From contig JBDRNJ010000065.1 of NCBI GenBank assembly GCA_043811375.1, forward strand, positions 2,278 through 66,277: 64,000 bases of DNA, in the 5' to 3' direction. How positions within the stretch are numbered: the first letter of the stretch is position 1; every line of letters begins with the position of its first letter. Source of the DNA: a bacterium. Its GTDB lineage: Bacteria; Zixibacteria; MSB-5A5; GN15; FEB-12. Below are positions 17,668-26,214 of the stretch, in pieces. Under the pieces are notes generated by a model. The model did not search any database. It saw nothing but the letters and a program-made list of their open reading frames with translations, and was not told the origin of the DNA. The translations under genes were made by a program, and so were the position numbers.

Positions 17668-18243
17668 GTGCAGGCTCAGACATTAAGTGTATATCGGACT
17701 CTTATCAGGCCGGCTTCGCTCTGGTTGGAAATCCCCATGTTACTGGGTTTCAATCTGGTACTGGTGGCAACTTCGTACCTTGTCATAAATTTGCCCTTCT
17801 CCCCCGTACCGATCACGGGGCAGACTTTCGGCGTGCTGCTTATCGCAATGGCTCTGGGGCGCGTTCGAGGGATGGCCGTGGTTCTGGCCTATATCCTTGA
17901 AGGTGCTATGGGACTACCGGTCTTTGCCGGAGGTCGCGCCGGTCTGCCGGTTCTACTGGGACCCACCGGCGGTTATCTGATCGGCTTTGCAGCGGCGGCA
18001 TGGGTTATCGGATCCCTGGCCGACCGTGGCTGGGACCGCAAGTACTTCTCATCGCTGGCGGCGATGCTGATCGGAACCGGTATTATATTTACGTGTGGTC
18101 TGGCTCAGCTTAGCCTGTTTGTGCCGATCAATGGTCTGTTGGTGACCGGGCTTTATCCCTTCCTGCCGGGTGCGGCGATCAAGATCGCGCTGGCCTCGGT
18201 ATTGCTGCCGTCAGTATGGAAGTTCATCGGCCGCAGTAAATAG
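17668..18243 (+). CDS. bioY: Biotin transporter S-component BioY
   Basis: VPITGQTFGVLLIAMALGRVRG...LEGAMGLPVFAGG...GPTGGYLIGF. The GTG at 17668 has AAGGAG 7 nt upstream. The track start at 17605 is less likely. Confidence 0.8.
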   Translation: MQAQTLSVYRTLIRPASLWLEIPMLLGFNLVLVATSYLVINLPFSPVPITGQTFGVLLIAMALGRVRGMAVVLAYILEGAMGLPVFAGGRAGLPVLLGPTGGYLIGFAAAAWVIGSLADRGWDRKYFSSLAAMLIGTGIIFTCGLAQLSLFVPINGLLVTGLYPFLPGAAIKIALASVLLPSVWKFIGRSK

Positions 18244-18292
18244 CCTGGCACGTCCTGTACGTAGTCGAATGATATACTTACCGGCAGCCTGA

Positions 18293-18715
18293 CTAAACGT
18301 CAAACAGCACCTGAACGTGGCACGGCGTCTCCCCTTTGCCGTCGACAATCTCCATCATGTGATACGAAACTCCCTTAACGTGCGTGCCGCCACCATGTCT
18401 GGTTTCATCGAACTGTTCACCCCAGGCACTTGCCTTCAATCGGTTCTCGCCGACAAAAGTAACCGCGAAGTGGTTCAATACCAGACTCTCCACCTCATGC
18501 TTCACGATCAACCCCGATAAGAACGCCACCAGCAGACTTTCCCGATCATCAGATTCGACCTCGAGCTCGATCCGGCGCAACGAGGTGATAGTGGCTTCGT
18601 CAGTGATGATGTCAAACATAGCCCCGGCGATACAGGCAAACGCCTCCTCCAGCGTGGCGCCGTAGGCCTTGATGGCGATATCGGCGGTGTGGTCTATCAG
18701 TTCGTAGCGTTTCAT
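18293..18715 (-). CDS. Archease
   Basis: MKRYELIDHTADIAIKAYGATLEEAF...VKGVSYHMMEI. The start is the ATG at 18715. Confidence 0.8.
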   Translation of the reverse strand: MKRYELIDHTADIAIKAYGATLEEAFACIAGAMFDIITDEATITSLRRIELEVESDDRESLLVAFLSGLIVKHEVESLVLNHFAVTFVGENRLKASAWGEQFDETRHGGGTHVKGVSYHMMEIVDGKGETPCHVQVLFDV

Positions 18716-18880
18716 AACATGTCGTGCAGACAGCAATTTATCTAATTTAATGCCGGCAGACCATCAGTCAAGCCGTAATTCATGGTCGACATCTTCACCA
18801 CAACCCGTCTTGACAGTTCTTGTAGGTCAAGACCCTTGTGGTCTTGACAATCATTTCTTCTCCTGTGCATTGTCAGAGAC

Positions 18881-18954
18881 AGTAGGTCGGAACCTCTGCC
18901 TGTCCTGAGCTTGTCGAAGGGTGGTTCCGACTTTCTTATACTGCCCGGACACTG
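18881..18954 (+). repeat. 74-nt upstream element, copy 1 (9-bp inverted repeat gtcggaacc/ggttccgac plus T-rich tail)
   Basis: agtaggtcggaacctctgcctgtcctgagcttgtcgaagggtggttccgactttcttatactgcccggacac is almost identical to 21058-21131. A partial third copy (ttccgactttctta) lies at ~23225-23238. Confidence 0.8.
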
Positions 18955-20961
18955 TTGACATCTATTTCTGACATGTATACCCTGAAAGCAATGCTCAGGA
19001 AAATCGACCTGCCATCTATAACCCTGCTGTTTACCCTCGGTCTTTTGGGGTTAGCCTCGTTCTACTCCATCGAAGGAATGTGGGGCGTAAACCATCTGGC
19101 TTTCTTACCGGAAGCATTCTCATATCTGTTCTGGGCTGTGGTTGTTGCAATTCTGGTCGTACTGTTTGTTCCCGGCAGGCTCACACCGGGGGAGCAGAGC
19201 CTTGATAGTATATCTGATTTCATCTTCAACAGGGGGCCTCTGCCCAGGCTGCTGATTGCGGCTCTTTTCACCGGTGCCTTCATTCTCCTTAGAGTAGAAA
19301 CCCATTTCCTTGGGGATGGATATGGCTGGCTGAGCATGTTCGGCAGCGGGGAAGGCTACTACCACAAATGGGCCGAACCCGGCTCCATATTTCTGGTAAG
19401 ACAACTACAACGACTGATGGGCGGGTATACAGAGCACACTGCATTGCTCACATTTCAAATTCTGTCCATATTCTCCGGTGGCGTTGTCGTCTACAACTGT
19501 CTCTCAATTCTGCGCCGGTTATGCGGGAATTCTCATGTGCGCATCTTTGGATTGATAACGCTATTGGGTTCAGGTGCCATGTTGCTCTTCTGCGGTTATG
19601 TGGAGTTCTATCACGTCCTGTGGGCCACAGCCACGATCTTTATCAACGTATCGCTGAGATATCTTGACAAGGATCGCGGAATTGGCTGGATCGTTCTATC
19701 ATTTGTCGCAGCCGTACTTATGCACATGCAGGCTCTATACCTGCTGAGTGGCCTGCTTTTTATCGTGTTCTCCAAACAACTTACACGCAGGTCAGTAAAC
19801 TTTCCACGATGGTCATTATTGGCGGGCTTCTCTATTCTGGCAATCGTGGGTATTATTGCCTTTCGATGGTTTAGCACCTCCAGAATCGATATCGAAACGA
19901 CGTTTCTTCCTTTACTTTCCGGTAGACACCAATCACCTGATTATACGGTCTTCAGCCTCAAGCATCTCAGCGACATAGCCAATCTGGTTTTTGTGCTGTT
20001 CCCCGGCATCCTGGTGCTGATGATCTTGTGGCTACGGCAACGTTCCAGAGTCATCCTAAACCCGACCACTGTTTTTCTGATGCTGCTGTCGGTCGGCTCG
20101 GTGGGTTTCCTTCTCACCATTGACCCCTTTTTGGGGATGGCCCGTGACTGGGACTTGATGTCCCTTACCTTGCTGGCGCCTGTGCTGCTGCTGATTTATC
20201 AAATTAGCCAAGGAGGCACACAACTCAAGGGGAAAATGATTGTCACCTATGCAATACTGTGTGTAATCATAACCTCACTGTTTATCACGGTTGCCACCCG
20301 CGAAGGTCCGGCTGCTGATCGGTATTACTCTCTTTTGCGCTATTACGGTAGTAAGGATCGCAGCGGCTGGGCTATATTCGCAAACTACTACCGGGACAGG
20401 GGTGATCAGAAAAGGTCTCAGGAACTTGTAGTCGAAATGGACGGATTATTCCCCCAGTACAGAAAGCTGCGTCAAGCTTATTCCTATCTTGAAAACGGGG
20501 ATTATGAAGATGCACTCAAACTGGCTCAGGAACTTGTTGATGAAGACCCCTACCAGCCCGATTTCCTTCAGATCCTGGGAAACGTATACGGCAATCTCGG
20601 CAAATATGAGTTGGCGGAGCATTTCTATACTCAGGCAATCAGGTTGAAACCACATCACCTGATTATGAATGAACTGGGACAATTGTACCTGAAGCAGCAA
20701 CAATACCGACTGGCGTTGAGTGTCCTCAAGAAAGCCCATGCCAGGGCTCCGAGAGAATTGCCTGTCACAGAGGGATTGGGGCTGGTCTACTACAGGTTGG
20801 GACATCTGGATTCAGCCCTGGCCATCGCAGACACTCTTTTTGCTACCGATAAAAACTCGCCCGGTGGACATTTACTGAAAATGGTCATAGCCATAACGTC
20901 TGGAGAGAACAACACCGCAAAATATCATTTTGCGCAATATCTGAAATATGGCTCCCAATGA
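18955..20961 (+). CDS. Polytopic membrane protein with C-terminal TPR array, paralog A
   Basis: About 450 aa with 10 or more hydrophobic helices, then TPR-like repeats (..ALKLAQELVDEDPYQPD..LGNVYGNLGKYELAEHFYTQAIRLKP..). The start is uncertain: TTG 18955, ATG 18973 or ATG 18991. The family was not recognised. Confidence 0.7.
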   Translation: MTSISDMYTLKAMLRKIDLPSITLLFTLGLLGLASFYSIEGMWGVNHLAFLPEAFSYLFWAVVVAILVVLFVPGRLTPGEQSLDSISDFIFNRGPLPRLLIAALFTGAFILLRVETHFLGDGYGWLSMFGSGEGYYHKWAEPGSIFLVRQLQRLMGGYTEHTALLTFQILSIFSGGVVVYNCLSILRRLCGNSHVRIFGLITLLGSGAMLLFCGYVEFYHVLWATATIFINVSLRYLDKDRGIGWIVLSFVAAVLMHMQALYLLSGLLFIVFSKQLTRRSVNFPRWSLLAGFSILAIVGIIAFRWFSTSRIDIETTFLPLLSGRHQSPDYTVFSLKHLSDIANLVFVLFPGILVLMILWLRQRSRVILNPTTVFLMLLSVGSVGFLLTIDPFLGMARDWDLMSLTLLAPVLLLIYQISQGGTQLKGKMIVTYAILCVIITSLFITVATREGPAADRYYSLLRYYGSKDRSGWAIFANYYRDRGDQKRSQELVVEMDGLFPQYRKLRQAYSYLENGDYEDALKLAQELVDEDPYQPDFLQILGNVYGNLGKYELAEHFYTQAIRLKPHHLIMNELGQLYLKQQQYRLALSVLKKAHARAPRELPVTEGLGLVYYRLGHLDSALAIADTLFATDKNSPGGHLLKMVIAITSGENNTAKYHFAQYLKYGSQ

Positions 20962-21057
20962 TCGGATTACGACAACATCCGAGAGTACTACGGTTATCTG
21001 CTTCAATGACTCTACTCTGATCCCACGCAAGCTGGAGGCCACCCGATGGCAAGCCAA

Positions 21058-21131
21058 AGTAGGTCGGAACCTCTGCCTGTCCTGAGCTTGTCGAAGGGTG
21101 GTTCCGACTTTCTTATACTGCCCGGACACGG
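21058..21131 (+). repeat. 74-nt upstream element, copy 2
   Basis: Same sequence as 18881-18954, offset by exactly 2177 nt. It sits between paralog A and paralog B. Confidence 0.8.
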
Positions 21132-23093
21132 TTGACTTCTATTTCTGACGTGTATACCCTGAAAGCGATGTTCAGGAAACTCGACCCACCAACTGTAGCC
21201 CTGCTGTTTACCCTCGGTCTTTTGGGATTAACCTCGTTCTACCCCATCGAAGGAATGTGGGGCATAAACCACCTGGCTTTCTTACCCGAAGCATTTAAGT
21301 ATTTATTTTGGGCTATAGCTGTTGTGATACTGGTCGTTCTGTTTGTTCCCGGCAGACTCACACCGGGGGAGCAGAGCCTTGATAGTATAGCTGATTTCAT
21401 CTTCAACAGGGGGCCGCTGCCCAGGTTGTTGATTGCTGCCCTTTTCACCGGTGCCTTCATTCTCCTTAGAGCGAAAACTCATTTCCTTGGAGATGGCTAC
21501 ACTTTGCTCTCAGTATTCGGTCAGGGGGAATCGTTTATCCGACGATGGGCTGAGCCCGGCTCGATTTTCATAATCCGAAAACTCCAGTGGTTACTAGGAG
21601 GGTATACGCGGCAAACGACGTTGTGGACGTGTCAGATGCTTTCGGTCGTTTCCGGGGCCGTGATAGTGCTCAATTTCATCTCCATTGCGGCCAAAATAGG
21701 TAAAGACGCCAGGAGCAGATTGATAGCACTGATTTCGTTACTTTTCTCTGGTGTCATTCTGCTGTTTTTCGGTTATGTGGAGTATTACCCCCTGCTGTGG
21801 GCATCGGCTACAACATTTGTCAGGCTCGGACTCGGCTTCCTGGAGCACGGACGGCGGCTTTGGCTGGTCCTCCTCGTGTTTGTTCTCACAATCCTGATAC
21901 ACCTTCAGGCAATATTCCTGCTTGCGGGAGTTACATATCTTGTCGTCATCAAGTTCTCACGACAAACGCCCACATTCTCTCTTGGTTGGCGCAAGTTATT
22001 GATGATCGGTGGTGTTACGCTAATTGGCGTTCTGTATATTATCTGGTTACTTAAAGATCAAGTCAACTTAGCGGCGGTATTTCTTCCGATATTTACCGGT
22101 CCGCCACAAGCACCGGAGTATGCTCTGGTGAGTACTAAGCATGTAATGGACCTATCCAACCAAGTGCTGGTAATGTTCCCCGGTATACTGGTTATTGTGG
22201 CTTCTTTGATCTATCGGAGGAAGAAACACTCAAAAGACATGACTACAGTGTTCCTTGGACTTTTGTCGGTAGGTTCACTTCTTTTTCTGTTGCTCATTGA
22301 TCCAGCCTTGGGGATGGCCCGTGACTGGGACTTGATGTCCCTTACCTTGCTGGCGCCTGTGTTGCTGCTGTTGTGGTCGTTTGGCGGAAAGCCCGGCAGA
22401 ATGTCAGCGAAGGTGTTAGTTACTTACTTGATGTTGTGTGCTTTGTGCTCGATCTCTTATGTCGCTGCCAACACGAGGACCGCAGCTTCGGAAGAACGAT
22501 TTCGTTCGCTGTTACAGTACTATGGCACCAAAGATGACACCGGCTGGGCCATCTACGCCTATTACTATCTCAATGGGGGGGAGTACAGCCGGGCGATGGA
22601 ACTGGCGCGGTTCATGGAGAAAGCCGGTATTCGGCTTGATAAGACCTATCACATTCTGGCGGTGCTGAACAACAAAGCCGAACGGTTAACGGAGGCCGAG
22701 AAGTACTACCATCTGGCCCTCGGACTCACTCCACGCCGCCCGAGACTGAAAAACGAACTCGGCCAGTTGTACATGCAGCAGGGTAGGAACGAACATGCCC
22801 TGGCGATACTCAGAGAAGCCCGACGACTTGACCCCTCGCTGACGGCAATAGCGGAAGGTGTAGGACTGGCATATTACCGTTTGGGACATCTGGATTCAGC
22901 CCTGGCCATCGCAGACACTCTTTTTGCTGCCGACGAAAACTCGCCCGGTGGACATTTACTGAAAATGGTCATAGCCATAACGTCTGGAGAGAACAACACC
23001 GCAAAATATCATTTTGCGCAATATCTGAAATATGGTTCCCAAAGATCGGATTACGACAACATCCGAGAGTACTACGGTTCTCTGCTCCCGTGA
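21132..23093 (+). CDS. Polytopic membrane protein with C-terminal TPR array, paralog B
   Basis: Collinear with paralog A. The N-terminal ~120 aa and the last ~55 aa are nearly identical to A; the middle is strongly diverged. The start is uncertain: TTG 21132, GTG 21150 or ATG 21168. Confidence 0.7.
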   Translation: MTSISDVYTLKAMFRKLDPPTVALLFTLGLLGLTSFYPIEGMWGINHLAFLPEAFKYLFWAIAVVILVVLFVPGRLTPGEQSLDSIADFIFNRGPLPRLLIAALFTGAFILLRAKTHFLGDGYTLLSVFGQGESFIRRWAEPGSIFIIRKLQWLLGGYTRQTTLWTCQMLSVVSGAVIVLNFISIAAKIGKDARSRLIALISLLFSGVILLFFGYVEYYPLLWASATTFVRLGLGFLEHGRRLWLVLLVFVLTILIHLQAIFLLAGVTYLVVIKFSRQTPTFSLGWRKLLMIGGVTLIGVLYIIWLLKDQVNLAAVFLPIFTGPPQAPEYALVSTKHVMDLSNQVLVMFPGILVIVASLIYRRKKHSKDMTTVFLGLLSVGSLLFLLLIDPALGMARDWDLMSLTLLAPVLLLLWSFGGKPGRMSAKVLVTYLMLCALCSISYVAANTRTAASEERFRSLLQYYGTKDDTGWAIYAYYYLNGGEYSRAMELARFMEKAGIRLDKTYHILAVLNNKAERLTEAEKYYHLALGLTPRRPRLKNELGQLYMQQGRNEHALAILREARRLDPSLTAIAEGVGLAYYRLGHLDSALAIADTLFAADENSPGGHLLKMVIAITSGENNTAKYHFAQYLKYGSQRSDYDNIREYYGSLLP

Positions 23094-23133
23094 CTTTGCA
23101 GACAAGCGCTGCCCGCTAATGATAAACACCTCT

Positions 23134-23203
23134 GTAGGGCAGGTCTGTCTTCAAACCTGCCGTTTTCCCCAAAAAGGCGGATTCGAAGACGGATCCGCCC
23201 TAC
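23134..23203. repeat. Composite REP-like palindromic element (two hairpins closed by gtag/ctac)
   Basis: gtag-[ggcaggt-N10-acctgcc]-gttttccccaaaaa-[ggcggat-N10-atccgcc]-ctac. A spurious ORF across it reads VGRIRLRIR...GRFEDRPAL, which is typical of REP-derived pseudo-ORFs. Confidence 0.6.
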
Positions 23204-23253
23204 GACTACGACTGCTGCGGTGTATTCCGACTTTCTTAAGCTACTCCCCCCCC

Positions 23254-23282
23254 TTGACAATCAGTTGGCCTTACCGTACTTT
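23254..23282 (+). promoter_or_regulatory. Candidate promoter of aspS
   Basis: TTGACA (23254-23259), 17 nt, TACTTT (23277-23282). It lies ~85 nt upstream of the TTG start. Confidence 0.35.
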
Positions 23283-23367
23283 CCAGCGAAAATGAGTATT
23301 CGGGGTCTCTCAAGAACTGGCCAATGTGCCGATAAGTAAGTAGACAGCAAGAAGTTAAGGAATAGAT

Positions 23368-25194
23368 TTGGCGAAATTCTCCGAACTGAAGAGAACTCAC
23401 ACCTGTGGCCAGTTGCGACAGGCCGATGTCGGCACCAAAGTACGCCTGAACGGCTGGGTAAACAGCTACCGCAACCTGGGTGGGCTGTTCTTCATTGATT
23501 TGCGTGACCGCTACGGCCTGACTCAGGTGGTGATCGACCCGCAGTCGTTTGATCCCGATATGCTGGCCGAAGCCAACCGGGCGCGTCATGAATTCGTCGT
23601 CGCGGTGCTGGGCGAAGTTTCTGCCCGTCCGGAAGGGACTGTCAACCCCGGGATGGAGACAGGCGAAATCGAGGTACGGGCGGAGCAATTCCATATTCTG
23701 GCCGAATCATTGACCCCACCGTTTGAAATTACCGACGAGACCACCGCCCAGGATAAGTTGCGATTGGAATTCCGGTATCTCGATCTGCGGCGCAAGCCGT
23801 TGCAGGAGCGGCTGCGCTTCCGGCATGAAGCCACCCTGGCAGTGCGCAATTATCTCAGTGGTCAGGGCTTTTATGAGATCGAAACACCCCTGTTGATTCG
23901 TTCGACTCCCGAAGGCGCCCGTGATTACGTGGTACCCAGCCGGGTATCACGGGGCAGGTTCTATGCTCTGCCGCAGTCACCACAACTTTTCAAGCAGATA
24001 CTGATGGTGGCCGGTTTCGACAAGTATTTCCAGATTGCGCGCTGTCTGCGCGATGAAGACCTGCGCTCCGACCGCCAACCCGAATTCACTCAGATCGACC
24101 TGGAGATGTCCTTTGCTACTCCCGATGACGTTCTTACCCTGATGGAAGGACTGCTGAGAAATCTGTTTCAGACAATGCTTGCGGTGGAACTGGAAACTCC
24201 TTTCCCCCGCTTAACGTACGAGGAAGTGATGACCCGGTGGGGAATCGATAAGCCTGACCTGCGCTTTGACATGGAACTGATGGATTTCACGGAAGAAGTA
24301 AAGGGCTGCGGTTTTAAGCTGTTTGCCGAAAACGTTGCCGCCGGAGGTGTGGTCAAGGGAATTGTTCTTAAAGGAGGCGGGACATACTCCCGCAAGCAGA
24401 TTGATGATCTTACGGCAGTTGCCAGGGAACACGGCGCCGGAGGGTTGGTCTATATACTTCGCGCTGAAGCCGGGGACAAATCGCCGATTCTGAAATTCAT
24501 CGGCGATGATCTCAAGGATAAACTCTGCCATAAGGCCAATGCGACCACCGGTGATGCCATCTTCTTAGTTTCCGATAAGAAATTGAAAACCGAGGAGATA
24601 TTAGGGCAGCTACGTCTGCATCTTGGCAGAAAGCACGATCTCATCCGGAATAATGAATGGAAACCCCTGTGGGTAACCGATTTTCCTCTGTTTGAATATA
24701 ACGAGGAGATCAACCGTTTCCAGGCTATGCACAATATCGTCTCGCACCCGATGGAGGAAGACCTGGGTCTTCTCGATGAAGGGTTCACCAGCAGCCTGCC
24801 GGGATCGAGTTTGGACCATCCCTGGAGGAAAGCCAGGGCTATGCAATATGACCTGGTTCTTAACGGGATGGAAATCGCCGGGGGCAGTCAGCGGGCCAAT
24901 CGCCGGGAACTCCAGGAAAAGATATTCAGGATTCTGGATATCGACCACGAGCGGGCGGAGCGGATGTTCGGTTTTCTCCTGCGTGCGCTTCAGTATGGTG
25001 CTCCACCTCACGCCGGCATTGCCGCCGGCCTGGACCGCATAGTGTGGATTATGACCGGCGCCGATTCCATTCGTGATGTTATTCCTTTTCCTAAAACAAC
25101 CGCCGCCCTTTCCCTCATGGATGGTTCACCCTCGGAGATCGACCCCGAACAACTTGAGGAACTCGGTCTGATGCTCAGGGAGGATAAGGCTTAG
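23368..25194 (+). CDS. aspS: Aspartate--tRNA ligase (bacterial type)
   Basis: KRTHTCGQLR...GWV...R.LGGLFFIDLRDRYG (OB fold), FRYLDLRR, QSPQLFKQ, and class II motifs ...GGSQR...PPHAGIAAGLDR. 608 aa. Confidence 0.9.
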   Translation: MAKFSELKRTHTCGQLRQADVGTKVRLNGWVNSYRNLGGLFFIDLRDRYGLTQVVIDPQSFDPDMLAEANRARHEFVVAVLGEVSARPEGTVNPGMETGEIEVRAEQFHILAESLTPPFEITDETTAQDKLRLEFRYLDLRRKPLQERLRFRHEATLAVRNYLSGQGFYEIETPLLIRSTPEGARDYVVPSRVSRGRFYALPQSPQLFKQILMVAGFDKYFQIARCLRDEDLRSDRQPEFTQIDLEMSFATPDDVLTLMEGLLRNLFQTMLAVELETPFPRLTYEEVMTRWGIDKPDLRFDMELMDFTEEVKGCGFKLFAENVAAGGVVKGIVLKGGGTYSRKQIDDLTAVAREHGAGGLVYILRAEAGDKSPILKFIGDDLKDKLCHKANATTGDAIFLVSDKKLKTEEILGQLRLHLGRKHDLIRNNEWKPLWVTDFPLFEYNEEINRFQAMHNIVSHPMEEDLGLLDEGFTSSLPGSSLDHPWRKARAMQYDLVLNGMEIAGGSQRANRRELQEKIFRILDIDHERAERMFGFLLRALQYGAPPHAGIAAGLDRIVWIMTGADSIRDVIPFPKTTAALSLMDGSPSEIDPEQLEELGLMLREDKA

Positions 25195-25205
25195 CGCCGG
25201 CTGGT

Positions 25206-26198
25206 ATGTACTCCGATCAGGAAGACAAAGCGGTGCGCACGTTTATGGTTGAGGGGATTGACCAGAGGTTGCTCTTTGGCCAAAACGACGTTTTCCTGCG
25301 AATGATCGAATCCCATTTCGGCAGTCGGATTGTCGCTCGCGGCGAGAGGATTGTCGTCGAGGGTCCTGAGGAGGACGTGGAACGGGTCTTTCGACTGCTG
25401 GGAGACCTGGTTACCAGGATCAAGCAGGATAACTACATAACGGAACAGTACCTGAACTACGCCATCGCGATGGTTAAAGAAAGCGGTTCCGGACCGGCAG
25501 AGGATATTTCCACCGAGGCCCTGCTGACCAGTTCTCTGAAGAAAATCATCAAGCCCATGACGATTGGTCAGACCCGCTATGTGGATGCAATAGACAATAA
25601 CGACATCGTTTTCTCCATTGGTCCGGCCGGTACCGGCAAAACCTATCTGGCCGTAGCCATGGCGGTGGCGGAACTGAAAGCCAACCGTGTCACGCGGCTG
25701 GTGTTCACACGGCCGGCGGTAGAAGCGGGAGAATCTCTGGGCTTTCTCCCCGGCGACGTGCGCGCCAAGGTCGATCCCTACCTGCGTCCGGTGTATGACG
25801 CACTGTATGACATGCTTCAGCCTGATAAGATTCGGAAACTGCTGGAGGTCGGCGTTATTGAAATTGCACCTCTGGCCTTCATGCGGGGGCGCACACTAAA
25901 TGACGCCTTTATTGTTTTAGATGAAGCTCAGAATACGACCAGTGCCCAGATGAAGATGCTGCTGACACGGATCGGTGAAGGATCAAGGGCGGTTATCACC
26001 GGCGACATTACTCAGATTGACCTGGACGATCGCCGTGCTTCCGGGCTGGTGAAGGTACAGAGCGTTCTGAAGGGTATCTCCGGTATTGAATTCGTGTACC
26101 TGGATGAGAGGGATGTGGTGCGCCACAAACTGGTCCAGAGTATTATCAAGGCGTACGAGAGATATGAAAAACCGGTACCCCGAAAGAAGAAGTCTTAG
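25206..26198 (+). CDS. phoH: PhoH-like ATPase (YbeZ)
   Basis: Walker A GPAGTGKTYLAVAMAV, VLDEAQNTT, ITGDITQIDL. Confidence 0.9.
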   Translation: MYSDQEDKAVRTFMVEGIDQRLLFGQNDVFLRMIESHFGSRIVARGERIVVEGPEEDVERVFRLLGDLVTRIKQDNYITEQYLNYAIAMVKESGSGPAEDISTEALLTSSLKKIIKPMTIGQTRYVDAIDNNDIVFSIGPAGTGKTYLAVAMAVAELKANRVTRLVFTRPAVEAGESLGFLPGDVRAKVDPYLRPVYDALYDMLQPDKIRKLLEVGVIEIAPLAFMRGRTLNDAFIVLDEAQNTTSAQMKMLLTRIGEGSRAVITGDITQIDLDDRRASGLVKVQSVLKGISGIEFVYLDERDVVRHKLVQSIIKAYERYEKPVPRKKKS

Positions 26199-26214
26199 CT
26201 GAGAGAACCTGTCC

